Source: an uncultured delta proteobacterium (GTDB taxonomy: Bacteria > Myxococcota > Myxococcia > Myxococcales > Myxococcaceae). From it: a stretch of DNA of 64,000 nt. The stretch covers positions 64,001 through 128,000 of the forward strand of contig CAVQKE010000003.1 of the NCBI GenBank assembly GCA_963713045.1. Direction: 5' to 3'. Shown here in pieces: positions 23,502 to 33,112 of the stretch (position 1 is the stretch's first letter; the number at the start of each line of letters is the position of its first letter). Below the pieces are notes generated by a model. That model was not told the DNA's origin. It saw only the letters and a program-made list of their open reading frames with translations, and ran no database searches. The translations under genes were made by a program, and so were the position numbers.

Positions 23502-25239
23502 CTATTGAGGGAAGCCGTACCGATAGAGACCGCACGCGACAGATCGCAACAATTGAGGATGACACCCAACATCGGAATTCCATCCAGAGAAAGCCGCCGC
23601 ACCGCCGCCTGTGCGGCTCGCCGATCCGTATAGTTCGCCCGCAGCACCAGGAGCAACTGGTCCGCGCAACGCGCCATAATACGGGCGTCTGCGAATTCGA
23701 GGCACGGCGGGGCGTCGACCAGTACGCAATCAAAGTGCTCCCGGAATCGCGGGAGTAATCTCGTCAGTCGACCCGACCACAGAAGACCGAAGGTATTGTC
23801 GACGCTGGCCCCGCTCGGCAGAAGGAACAGATGAGGAACTGCCGTCTTCTTGACGAGCGCATCCAGTGGAAGCTCTTCAATGGCATTGGTTTCCCGCAAG
23901 ATATCGCTTAACCCCCAGCTATTGGCCTCGCCGAATATCTTATGTAGGCGCGGGCGGCGCATGTCGCCGTCGATCAATAACACTCTTCTACCGATCTCAG
24001 TCAGGCTGACTCCCAGATTGCTGGCGACGGTGGTCTTGCCTTCCATCGCGACCGAACTGGTCACGACTACGATTTGGGAATGGTTTCCGCATCGCCCTGG
24101 CGATAGCATGGACGCGATGGTGGCTCGAAACGACTCCGATACCGCCGACGCCCGATCGAACACCAGAGGCTCCAGATGGTCTTTGTTGTGGCGCCCGAAA
24201 TTGAACCCGTGTCCCATGAAGTCGGATTTAGCGGCGTGCGGGATCACACCGAGTTCCGGAAGTGCCAAGCTGGTGGCCGCCTCGCCCGGAAGACGAACCG
24301 TGGGATTGGACTGCTCCTGAAACAGTACGATGCCGACGCTCAGTATGAGTCCGCTCACGAGTGCGATTGCGAAATTCAGCGGCACATTTGGTTTGTATGG
24401 ATGAGTCGCCGGTTGCGCCATGTCGAGAAGCCGGACATTGGATTGGCGAACCGCGGATGCAACGCGCGCATCGCTAGCCCGTTGTGAGATCGCTTCATAA
24501 GATTTGCGGTCTGCGTCGACGTCGCGCTTTAACGCGCTCGCCAGCGGCACGCGGGAGGTTGCGCCAAGCGCCTCGGCTTCGGCGAGCCGAGCTTCCGAAG
24601 ATTGCAGCCGTTGGCTGAGAATACCGAGTTGAACGCTCAGAGTTTCATAGGTCTGCTGCGCGGCACGCTGCCGAGAGTCTATATTCGCGGCGACGAAGAT
24701 CTGAGCCAGCGTATTCGGAACATCCGCGGCCAGTTGAGGATCGCGGGAGTCATACACAATTCGAACAATCCGGCTGCCGTGCGATGGCACAACTTTCAAA
24801 TCGTTTCTCAGGGCAAGCACCGCGTTCCGCGCCGGCGATGACGACCGCGCTGAAGCTCGGGACGGCTGTCCAGATGAAGCGCGTGAACCACCTGATCGAG
24901 CAGTGTTTCCTGCTGGAGTATTTCCGCTTGCGTCTGTACGTACGAGGTCAAGTCGCCGCCCGACATCGCAGTGGCGGGAAAGACATCGCTCATGTTCAGA
25001 AAATTCTCGTTGATGCTTTGAATCTCCAGCGCTGCCGCAGACTGGTACACGCGAGGTTGGATCAGGGTAAGGAGTGCTGCTGCCAGAGCGCAAGCGGCCA
25101 GCACGTACAGCACTGCTGCCTTGCGGCGATGCAAGGCCTGAAGGCAATCGACCAGACGCCACTCCTGGCGATCGGCGGAGCTTGATGCTCCAGCGAGCAA
25201 GTCGATGTCAGCAGGATAGCCTTGGGTTTCAAAAGCCAT
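23502..25239 (-). CDS. Wzc/GumC-like polysaccharide co-polymerase with tyrosine autokinase domain; frameshifted
   Basis: Wzz-type N-terminus, PYKPN plus TM, Walker A SSVAMEGKTT, LIDGDMRRP, VDAPP, and a Tyr-containing tail GLYRYGFPQ* in the shifted frame. Confidence 0.9.
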
Positions 25240-25849
25240 GGATAGACGTCCCTACTCGCGTTGCGGCCGTATGCATCGCTGTTGGCACGCTGACGCCAAT
25301 CCGGTCGACCTCCAGTAGGACCGATCTTTGAAGCAGACTGATCGACAGGACCAGGCGCAGTGACTGCTTCAACTTGATTACGATTCCCTCAACTCCCGCC
25401 AACGCACCCTCTTCGATTCGCACCCTCTGACCAACTTGAAGATACGGGAACGGCTGAATGGGGAGCCGCGCTTTGACGGCCGTTTGCAAGGAACTGATTT
25501 CCGTATCCGAAAGCGGGATCGGGTGGCTCCCGTTACCGAGGATCTGTGTGATTCCAGGTGTCGTCATGATGGGTAGCCTGAATCGAGCATTGAATCTGCA
25601 AAACACGTAGCCAGGGAAGAGAGGCAGTTCAGAATCCTTGTAACGGGTGGCGTAGTGGTGCCTCCGTGCGAACAGAGGGACGAAGGTCTCAAATCCCTTC
25701 GAATTCAGAGCCCTAGCCACGGCCTTGTCGTGCCTCGGCTTGACGGCGAGCGCAAACCAACGCACGGACCCGGTTTCGGGAGTCTGTTCGTAGTAATTCG
25801 CTACAGGGCCTTCGCAGTGTGAGAACTCGCGTCTTTCGAGATCGGACAT
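25229..25849 (-). CDS. NusG paralog, UpxY/RfaH-type transcription antiterminator
   Basis: NGN domain WFALAVKPRHDK and PLFPGYVF, KOW domain GQRVRIEEGALAGVEG. First gene of the polysaccharide operon. Confidence 0.9.
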   Translation of the reverse strand: MSDLERREFSHCEGPVANYYEQTPETGSVRWFALAVKPRHDKAVARALNSKGFETFVPLFARRHHYATRYKDSELPLFPGYVFCRFNARFRLPIMTTPGITQILGNGSHPIPLSDTEISSLQTAVKARLPIQPFPYLQVGQRVRIEEGALAGVEGIVIKLKQSLRLVLSISLLQRSVLLEVDRIGVSVPTAMHTAATRVGTSIHGF

Positions 25850-26188
25850 AGCTACCGCTTTCTCGGGTGCAATCCCGTGTCTTCGTTTTAGGTCAACAAC
25901 CCTACGGGGTCTAGCCTGCGGACGCAAAGTCAATTCGACTTCAACTCGCAGCCTGGCCCTACAATGTAGTTGACTTGACGGATGCTCCGAAGCCTCATTT
26001 TTTGATGGATGGAGCAGGCGCGTTCGGCCCAGTGAGCCGACAGAGACGCGAGGGGGACGCGGCACGCACCCGTGAGATAGTCGGATTCAGGCTGGCGCGC
26101 AGGAGGGCTGTTCAGATTGTGTTCTCGCCGAACTCGCCACTGCGAGTGATCGCGTCGCGGAGAATCAAAAGCGCCGCTTCCCGCAGTG

Positions 26189-26368
26189 TTAAAAGGTCAG
26201 GACCACCCGTCCAACAGTCATGGCCCATATACCTGACAAAGTAGGGATGAAGGCGGATCGGAATCTCGCCCCAACTCGGCGGCCGATCCTCGTCACCTCT
26301 CGGAGGGCGTACTCCACCAGTTCCAACTGGCTTTGGGCCATGTCTTTCGAGCCGACGGATTGCAACAT
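26189..26368 (-). CDS. Possible 59-aa small hypothetical protein
   Basis: GAGGT RBS 5 nt before ATG and an open frame MLQSVGSKDMAQSQLELVEYALREV... No recognisable motif. Confidence 0.3.
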   Translation of the reverse strand: MLQSVGSKDMAQSQLELVEYALREVTRIGRRVGARFRSAFIPTLSGIWAMTVGRVVLTF

Positions 26369-26385
26369 TTTCTACCTCAAATGCT

Positions 26386-27405
26386 TCAGGCCCAAGGACG
26401 ACTGGCTTTCCAACCTGCCATAGATAGCGGCGGCCTCTGGTCTAGTTTCACAAGATCTTCAACCGCTTTTCCTTCAGCTTCAGCAGCGTGATAGCGGCGC
26501 CGAATTAGCCCAATGTCGACAGCCGCCTCAGGATATTGCATATTTAAATCCTCCAGCGCGCGTGTCACAATGCGGGATACCAAGAGGTCACGAACCCACT
26601 TGTCGTCTGACGGAATCACGAACCAAGGGGCAGAGTGAGTGCTGGTCTTCTCGATCATATCCTCAAACGCACGGACGTAGTCGTCCCAATATTTCCTCTC
26701 TTCGTAGTCGGCTTCGCTGATCTTCCAGCGTCGCGCCGGATCGTCTAACCTGCGTTTGAAACGCGCCAATTGCTCATCTTTTGAAATATGCAACAGAAAC
26801 TTTAGAATGGTGGTGTGATTCTCCGTCACCAGCAGCCTCTCCCAGTTGTTGATCAAATCATAGCGCGATGACCAAACGTGAACGGGAACAAGCTGGTGCA
26901 CACGAACAACGAGCACGTCCTCGTAGTGCGACCGGTTGAAGATTGTCATTTCCCCACGGGCCGGAACGTGGCGGTGCCCCCGCCACAGAAAATCGTGTTC
27001 GCGTTCGCCCCGCGTCGGCTGCTTAAACGGAACTACGCGGCATCCCGTTGGACTGAGACCGCTCAACAGATAACGACTGAGACCATCTTTTCCTGAAGCA
27101 TCCATGCCCTGAAGAATGATGAGCAGGGAGTGCTTTCTTTGCGCGTACATCACGTTTTGCAACCGATCCAGTTTCTGAAGCTGAAGCAGCAATTCCGGCA
27201 GCAGCTTCTCATACATGTCAGGGGGTCCCGGGAAATTCGCGGAGAAGTCGCCGAGCTTAACACTGGTCCCCGGCGCAACCGTAAATTTCCTAAGAGTGTC
27301 CGACCCGAAAGCGAGTTCGTCGCCGGAAAGCTCTGCGGCTCTTAGGGTTGAGGATCTGTTAGTGACCATACCTGCAATCATGTTGGGAACGGACGTACAC
27401 AGCAT
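26386..27405 (-). CDS. ppk2: Polyphosphate kinase 2 family protein
   Basis: Walker A QGMDASGKDG, FKQPT, HDFLWR, FNRSHYEDV and APWFVIPSDDKW. GGAGG RBS. Confidence 0.9.
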   Translation of the reverse strand: MLCTSVPNMIAGMVTNRSSTLRAAELSGDELAFGSDTLRKFTVAPGTSVKLGDFSANFPGPPDMYEKLLPELLLQLQKLDRLQNVMYAQRKHSLLIILQGMDASGKDGLSRYLLSGLSPTGCRVVPFKQPTRGEREHDFLWRGHRHVPARGEMTIFNRSHYEDVLVVRVHQLVPVHVWSSRYDLINNWERLLVTENHTTILKFLLHISKDEQLARFKRRLDDPARRWKISEADYEERKYWDDYVRAFEDMIEKTSTHSAPWFVIPSDDKWVRDLLVSRIVTRALEDLNMQYPEAAVDIGLIRRRYHAAEAEGKAVEDLVKLDQRPPLSMAGWKASRPWA

Positions 27406-27530
27406 TAGCCCTCCACGCTTTTCCAGCGTTTCCGCGACTTCATATCTTCAGATGGTTGTTTTCAACAACAGGGCTCTTTTTCGCGGGTCAAACCAAAGAG
27501 TCTGCGGAGTGGCGGGACGGCCAGATTGCC

Positions 27531-28294
27531 TTATGGCTGGGGCTGAATCCCGTCAGCGGCTCTGACGGGACCGGAACGGTCGACATTCATCACCAGATAA
27601 TCGCTGTATCGGATTTCAAGCTCACTCGCACCGAGAAGTAACCCCGAACTGACGCCGCCGGTATGAATTGGCAGCCATACTCCGCTGACTTGAGCAAAAT
27701 CCTGGGTAATGTGAGGCGAACCCACCCATAAGGAGACGCTCGCGGACGTGATACCGTCCAGGCGCATGACGCCGTAAGTTCTCAGTCGATCCAAGCATCG
27801 CCCTTGACCAAATACTTACTTTTGCGTTTGGGGATAAGTTCTATGACATAGCAGGGGCGGCCGCGGGTCGAGTCGGTGCCACGCAGTCGCGCGGTGTAGT
27901 TGGCTGGACTGATCTCGATCTGAACGAACTTCTCCGGCAGGCTAACTTCCGTTTCGGAGACAAGCAGCTTATCGAGAACCTCAAGAAGTTTTGGCGATCC
28001 GGTCCGGTTCAGAATGGTGAAGTCCTTACCTGCGCCCGGACGGTAATTCACCTGTACTAGCGCGACAGCCTCTTTGTCGAACCTGTAATTCCTTAGGCGA
28101 TATTCGCGAGTTCCTGAATAGGAGGAATTTTGACTCTTGGCGATGGCCTCGGCGACACGAGCGAGGATCTCGTCAGTGGTCGGTTCGACCGCTACAGTGC
28201 CCGCTACAGCGGGGGCCCCCAAAATTGAGAGGAGCGATAGGAGACTCGCCAGGAGCCGACACTCACAAGTGCACAGTCGTTTCTTCCGCAGCAT
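27531..28294 (-). CDS. Exported hypothetical protein, possibly LolA/MucB-like fold; one frameshift near 27790
   Basis: Signal-like hydrophobic stretch, YSGTREYRL and CYVIELIPKRKSKYLVKGDAWID. Continues in ORF 27531-27794. Confidence 0.6.
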
Positions 28295-28315
28295 TTGGAA
28301 CGCCGATGCCCTTGC

Positions 28316-28343
28316 TCTTTGAGCCCTGTCGAGGGCTCAAAGA
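28316..28343. promoter_or_regulatory. Perfect 12-bp inverted repeat between divergent genes
   Basis: TCTTTGAGCCCT-GTCG-AGGGCTCAAAGA. Confidence 0.5.
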
Positions 28344-28462
28344 CTCATTATTAAATCTAAAGTCATCTCGAAAACATCCAGGGTTCGTGAGCGTATCGGA
28401 TGCGTTGGTTGCATCCTGAACCGCTCAAGGACTCAACCATTGATGTCCGGAGGGATCATCTG

Positions 28463-29479
28463 ATGTATACAATGCAACGGCCGATACTTGCGCTTGTCAC
28501 TGCCCTCACACTTACTCTCCCGATCGTTGCCGGAGCCAAGGCGGGACGAACGGCCCGCAGTCAAAGCTCAAGCGATGGCAGCGGAGCCGCCGTTCTCTGG
28601 AGCGAACCAGGGAGCGTCCCGAAACGCGACCTTTACTATGGTCCGGGAGGCCGGGATCACGCGCCAAAAGGAATGTTTACTTTCTTGGCGGAAGACATGA
28701 ACGGCAGCAATCCGAAGTTCGATGTCCTCGACGAAGATGGCGTGAAATGGACGGTCAAATTGGGTGAGGAGGCGCGTCCCGAAACCGCCGCGTCGCGGAT
28801 CGTATGGTCGATCGGGTATTTCGCGAACGAGGACTACCTTATGCCGGTCCTACACGTTCAGAACATGGCGAAACTCCGACGCGGCGCGGATCTCGTCTCT
28901 CGCGACGGGACCATGCACAATGTTCGCCTCAAGAGACACTTGAAGGAACAGAAGAAGCTCGGCAATTGGATGTGGGCCGACAATCCGTTCGTCGGAACGC
29001 GCGAATGGTACGGACTCAGGGCATTGATGGCCGTCATCAACAACTGGGATCTTAAAGACTCGAACAATTCCATCTATCAAGTTCGTGGCGATCATCCACA
29101 GCAACTTTACACCGTCAGCGATCTTGGATCGAGTTTCGGTTCCCCTGGCTTGAACTGGGAGCGGAAGGGAAATTTGAAAGCGTACGCAGGTTCCAAGATG
29201 ATCAGGCGGGTTTCATTGGAATTCATCGATTTTCACGTTCCTGCTCGGCCGAAGATGGACACGTTTGTGAATGTTCCTGAGCTCACCAAACGGCTCGGCT
29301 TGCTCTGGCTCGGCGAGCGCATTCCGATCGAGGATGTGAGGTGGGTGGGACACTTGCTCGCTCAATTGTCGCCAGAGCAGATTCGCGATGCGTTTCGCGC
29401 GGCCGGCTATTCCGCGGAGGACGTAGAGGCGTTCAGCTCGGTGCTCGAACAGCGCATCGCCCAACTGGGAAAGCTATGA
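28463..29479 (+). CDS. Secreted conserved hypothetical protein with atypical kinase-like (HipA/CotH-like) motifs
   Basis: Signal peptide, GSNPKF, WTVKLGEEARPE, NNWDLKDSNN and VSDLG. Confidence 0.6.
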   Translation: MYTMQRPILALVTALTLTLPIVAGAKAGRTARSQSSSDGSGAAVLWSEPGSVPKRDLYYGPGGRDHAPKGMFTFLAEDMNGSNPKFDVLDEDGVKWTVKLGEEARPETAASRIVWSIGYFANEDYLMPVLHVQNMAKLRRGADLVSRDGTMHNVRLKRHLKEQKKLGNWMWADNPFVGTREWYGLRALMAVINNWDLKDSNNSIYQVRGDHPQQLYTVSDLGSSFGSPGLNWERKGNLKAYAGSKMIRRVSLEFIDFHVPARPKMDTFVNVPELTKRLGLLWLGERIPIEDVRWVGHLLAQLSPEQIRDAFRAAGYSAEDVEAFSSVLEQRIAQLGKL

Positions 29480-29489
29480 CGGATGGGAA

Positions 29490-29516
29490 GGAGCGGACTA
29501 GCTACTAGCCCGCTCC
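29490..29516. terminator. Hairpin between convergent genes, possible terminator
   Basis: GGAGCGG-A-CTAG-CTA-CTAG-C-CCGCTCC. No clear U-tract. Confidence 0.4.
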
Positions 29517-29535
29517 AACGATGTTGACTGGCGAG

Positions 29536-30333
29536 TTACTTTTTGATCGTTTCGAGAGGCAGTCGCTCGACATCTAGCTGCTGCCTGCGCACAGTGTCGC
29601 GGACCTTCTCGATATGGTCCGAACCTTTTCTCCGGATCACCACTTCTTCGGTCAGGCGAACAGATTTACTAACAACCGGTTGCTCGGCACTCTCCACGAC
29701 TTCAAACACCTGTTCAGACCAATCGATGTCCTTCAAGTAACCAGGCTCAGAAATCGCGCGCCGCATGATTTCGACGTGCTCTTCATGCAAGTTCACGTTC
29801 GCTTCCACTGGCTTCTCAACGACGAAACGCCGAACCCGAGTTTTTCCGGATTCTATTTTCCGCTTGCCGACATCCAGCTGTTCCTCCGCCAGGCGCACCA
29901 CTTCCTCGTCCTTCTTCATCGCCGTGGGTGCCAGGGATGCTGCCGAAGGAGTTGCTGCCATAGTGGGCGGCGGGACAACGACTTTCGGGCGTTCCGCGAG
30001 GCCCTGCGCTCGAGCGCGGTCGAGGACGTCAACGGGTTTGTGGGCGTCCAACAAGTCGATCACGTTGGGTGCTTCCGATTCGGTAGCCCGAACCACTAGC
30101 ACTGCTCCACTTTGTCGAACGGTACGTCCGTAAACTTCCGCTTCGTGCAACCCTAAGTCTCCCCCGAACAAACGCTGCCAGAATTCGGGCTCGTGCAACC
30201 GGGCCTCGGCCTCTCCCTCATTCTTGATTACGCTGATATCAGAGGTTGGATAACCCGCCAGTCTCAGCGTGTTGACCGCGGCGTCCGCGTGGGCCACCGT
30301 GTCGTAAACCGCAACAATCTTTTCATGGGCCAT
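29536..30333 (-). CDS. YsnF/AvaK (DUF2382) domain stress protein
   Basis: IVAVYDTVAHA N-terminus and C-terminal LAEEQLDVGKR...VRRFVVEKPVE...VRDTVRRQ. Confidence 0.85.
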   Translation of the reverse strand: MAHEKIVAVYDTVAHADAAVNTLRLAGYPTSDISVIKNEGEAEARLHEPEFWQRLFGGDLGLHEAEVYGRTVRQSGAVLVVRATESEAPNVIDLLDAHKPVDVLDRARAQGLAERPKVVVPPPTMAATPSAASLAPTAMKKDEEVVRLAEEQLDVGKRKIESGKTRVRRFVVEKPVEANVNLHEEHVEIMRRAISEPGYLKDIDWSEQVFEVVESAEQPVVSKSVRLTEEVVIRRKGSDHIEKVRDTVRRQQLDVERLPLETIKK

Positions 30334-30403
30334 AATATTTCTCCTTAAAGTTCCTATCGCCTGTTCTTCGGATCTTCGTTGCTGCTCACAGCGTGAAACA
30401 ATG

Positions 30404-31582
30404 CTACTTCTGCGTCACCCGCATCGAAATGCGCCGGTTTCTCGCCCGGCCTTCCGCGGTTTCATTGTCGGCGACCGGAAACTGCTCGCCGTAACCGTGA
30501 GCTTCGAGACGGTCACGAGAGATCCCCAATGCAACCAGTTGATCGACGACGCCGTTCGCGCGATCCTGCGAAAGCTGTAGGTTGTGCGCCGCGTCTCCCG
30601 TGTTGTCGGTATAGCCGCCGACAGTGAGATGCACATTCGGGTATGCCTTTAGGATCTCGGCGATATTTTGCAACTGTTCCTGAGACTCTGGCCGAAGTTG
30701 TGCGGAGTCCGTATCGAATGTGAGTCGGTCGAAATCAAACCAGGTAGTCTCGTTGACAGTCTTCGTGGGATCCTGAATGAACTGGAGTAAACGCATCTCC
30801 ATGCCGCGGATCGGAATGCTCAGCCGCACGTTGTCCGGAAGCATTCGAGGCACAAAATTCCCAAGGTCTGGTCGCACCGCCTCCGGAACTCGCACGTGCT
30901 GCCTGGTGAAGAGCCAGAACAGCAAAGGGATCAGGAGCAAAGCTGGGAGGATCCACATCCAGCCTGGAACACCCGCACGCGGCTCCTTCACGGTGGTGAT
31001 TGAGAGCGGGCGCGCCCCCGCGTCGACAGCTGTCCGACCGGCAGTTGTAGCGCCAGGCAGACCCGCGGGTAACATCCCTTGGATACCGGCGTTCTCTTGG
31101 ACGAGCCAATTCCGCAGGTCGTCCTGAGTCATATTGCCGCCGCGCACAGCGCGCCCCAGAGCGCTCATCAAGAGGGGAGCAGCAACGCTCATGAGGCTTG
31201 CGACTGACGAAGCCCGCAATCCGGAAGATCGTCCGATGGCATCGGCAACAGCGGATTGATCGGCGCCGAATGCCTGCCACAGAAATTTCTTCCCAGAATC
31301 GAGAAGCGACGCTGTGGCGCCGGTTGCTCCGGCCGGCCCCAAGACAGCGCTTGCAAGATTCGAGACATTTACATCCGATGGTGTTTGTGAAATGAGCCGG
31401 AATATTTGGCCCATGGAACTGGCATCGCTGGATCGAGCGGTTAATCCGTCAATCATCGACGCCGTGGTCGACTCGAGGCCTCGTGAGACCGCGTGTCCAG
31501 ATTCCCCAAGACGCGACGCGATTTCGTTAACGCTGCGGGAGTCGAGTAAATTGAAAAGCGAGGAGAGCACGGACGTTGCCAT
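30404..31582 (-). CDS. OmpA-family peptidoglycan-binding protein with N-terminal DUF937-like domain
   Basis: Helical N-terminus, one TM helix, FDRLTFDTDSA, GGYTDNTG, NLQLSQDRA and GRARNRR. Confidence 0.9.
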   Translation of the reverse strand: MATSVLSSLFNLLDSRSVNEIASRLGESGHAVSRGLESTTASMIDGLTARSSDASSMGQIFRLISQTPSDVNVSNLASAVLGPAGATGATASLLDSGKKFLWQAFGADQSAVADAIGRSSGLRASSVASLMSVAAPLLMSALGRAVRGGNMTQDDLRNWLVQENAGIQGMLPAGLPGATTAGRTAVDAGARPLSITTVKEPRAGVPGWMWILPALLLIPLLFWLFTRQHVRVPEAVRPDLGNFVPRMLPDNVRLSIPIRGMEMRLLQFIQDPTKTVNETTWFDFDRLTFDTDSAQLRPESQEQLQNIAEILKAYPNVHLTVGGYTDNTGDAAHNLQLSQDRANGVVDQLVALGISRDRLEAHGYGEQFPVADNETAEGRARNRRISMRVTQK

Positions 31583-32040
31583 AAATTCACCTTCTAAGTT
31601 TTGCTTGTGGCGGGAAATCCGGCGGCCTTTCTGTCCACGGCGAATGATGGCTAGCCTGCCAGCCCTGCTCCTAACGAAGCCCTTTCAGCAGGATTGATGC
31701 CGTCTGTGCCGCTTAACCGTAAAACTTTCGAGGCGCTTTTGGTGGTGGCGGTTTTTCGAGGATCCGAAAAGGCCAGGAAGGGATGCGTTCGATGATTTGG
31801 GGAATGCCAAAACCAAGCCCTTAAATGGCTGGTTTGCCTTTGGGAACCGGGCACGTCTGCGTCCTATGGCGAGGAGTGGCCTGGCGCAGTTTCCGTGGGG
31901 GAACCGCTGGACCGCGTTGCAGTAGCCGCGGTCGCTCAGCGTTTTCTTCTTCCCGAACGCTCTACGGCGTTCCGCCGCTTCCATCGTTATAGACGGCAAT
32001 GGGCGCCGCGAGGCGCAGAAACTTCAAAACTGAGGTGCAA

Positions 32041-32469
32041 CTAACGGTTCGCCGGTATTACAAGTTGTTGACCGATTTCCACACGGTTCGGATCGCGGAG
32101 TGTGTCCTTGTTTGCATCGAAGATACGCATGTAATCGCTGGCGTTTCCGTAAAAGTGTTGCGCGATCTTGGACAACGAGTCCCCCGCTTTGACGGTGTAG
32201 ATGTGCCGCGATGACATAGCGGGCGCCGGTTGCCATGCGGGTTGAGGAACGGATGCATTGACGGCGATGTCCACAGTGATGTCGTCGTAAGCAGGATTGA
32301 CAGCCTTGATCTGATTCCAGACCTCGTTCTTGGCGGCTTCGGATGGCGCTTTTCCCTGCATGAAGAGCTTGTTGTCCTGAATATGGAGGTGCGCGAGTTG
32401 AACGCCTTGCTCTCGAACGGTTGTCAGCACGCTCGCGTACTTTTGTTTGAGTTCATCAAGTCGATCCAT
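32041..32469 (-). CDS. BON-like + LysM peptidoglycan-binding protein (YgaU/Kbp-like)
   Basis: LysM domain YTVKAGDSLSKIAQHFYG...IFDAN...IGQQLVIP. Confidence 0.9.
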   Translation of the reverse strand: MDRLDELKQKYASVLTTVREQGVQLAHLHIQDNKLFMQGKAPSEAAKNEVWNQIKAVNPAYDDITVDIAVNASVPQPAWQPAPAMSSRHIYTVKAGDSLSKIAQHFYGNASDYMRIFDANKDTLRDPNRVEIGQQLVIPANR

Positions 32470-32480
32470 ATCTACCTCCT

Positions 32481-32900
32481 TTATGATGCTGACTTCATGG
32501 GATTGAACGCGGCGAGGATTTGTCTGCCACGAGACTGAAGTTCTCCGGCGCTACCCAACTTGCCATCGGGCGTCATTGCGTCCACCAGATTCGGTAGAGA
32601 TGTACTGAGATAGCCACATACTTTTTCCGGCGCCACGCCTGCTCTCTTCGCCAGCTCCTGAACGCGCTGCGATCCGAGCACCTTGCTGACTTGGTCCGCA
32701 GAAATGCTCGCATTAGTCTCATTTCCAATCCAGGAGGAAATGATGTGTCCCAAACCGTTTTGTTCGAAGTTCCGCACCAGAGCGTTCAGCCCGCCCACGC
32801 GATTGGTTAATAGACTCACGGTCTCGACGATGAGCGACTGATGTTGCGTGTCGCCGTTCGCTCCTTCGAACATTTTGATGACCTCAGCCCATGTGCTCAT
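32481..32900 (-). CDS. YidB/DUF937-family protein
   Basis: GGLNALVRNFEQNGLGHIISSWIG and LPNLVDAMTPDG. Confidence 0.85.
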   Translation of the reverse strand: MSTWAEVIKMFEGANGDTQHQSLIVETVSLLTNRVGGLNALVRNFEQNGLGHIISSWIGNETNASISADQVSKVLGSQRVQELAKRAGVAPEKVCGYLSTSLPNLVDAMTPDGKLGSAGELQSRGRQILAAFNPMKSAS

Positions 32901-33112
32901 TAGAAGCCCTCTTTTCTTTCGTAGTGTTTCCGTTTCTGTCTTAGTCATCGCACCGTGCGCTGCTGACGGCGCCGACCAACGCACATAAGATGTTCGCCCA
33001 TCGGGCAGGCTCTATTTATTTTTCTTGTCGGCGCGTGCGTTCGGGCCCGATTATTTTGCGTCACGAGCGGTGCCAACGCAATCTCAGACAGCGACATGCC
33101 GCGAGGTTGCAT

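Noticed and set aside
25915..25935. GGACGCAAAG c-di-GMP-I-like motif near the upxY leader
   Set aside because: It is on the strand opposite to the operon and lacks the upstream GGCAAACC.
31820..31845. c-di-GMP-I riboswitch (minus-strand AAAGGCAAACC)
   Set aside because: The following GAAA tetraloop and GGACGCAAAGC elements are missing.
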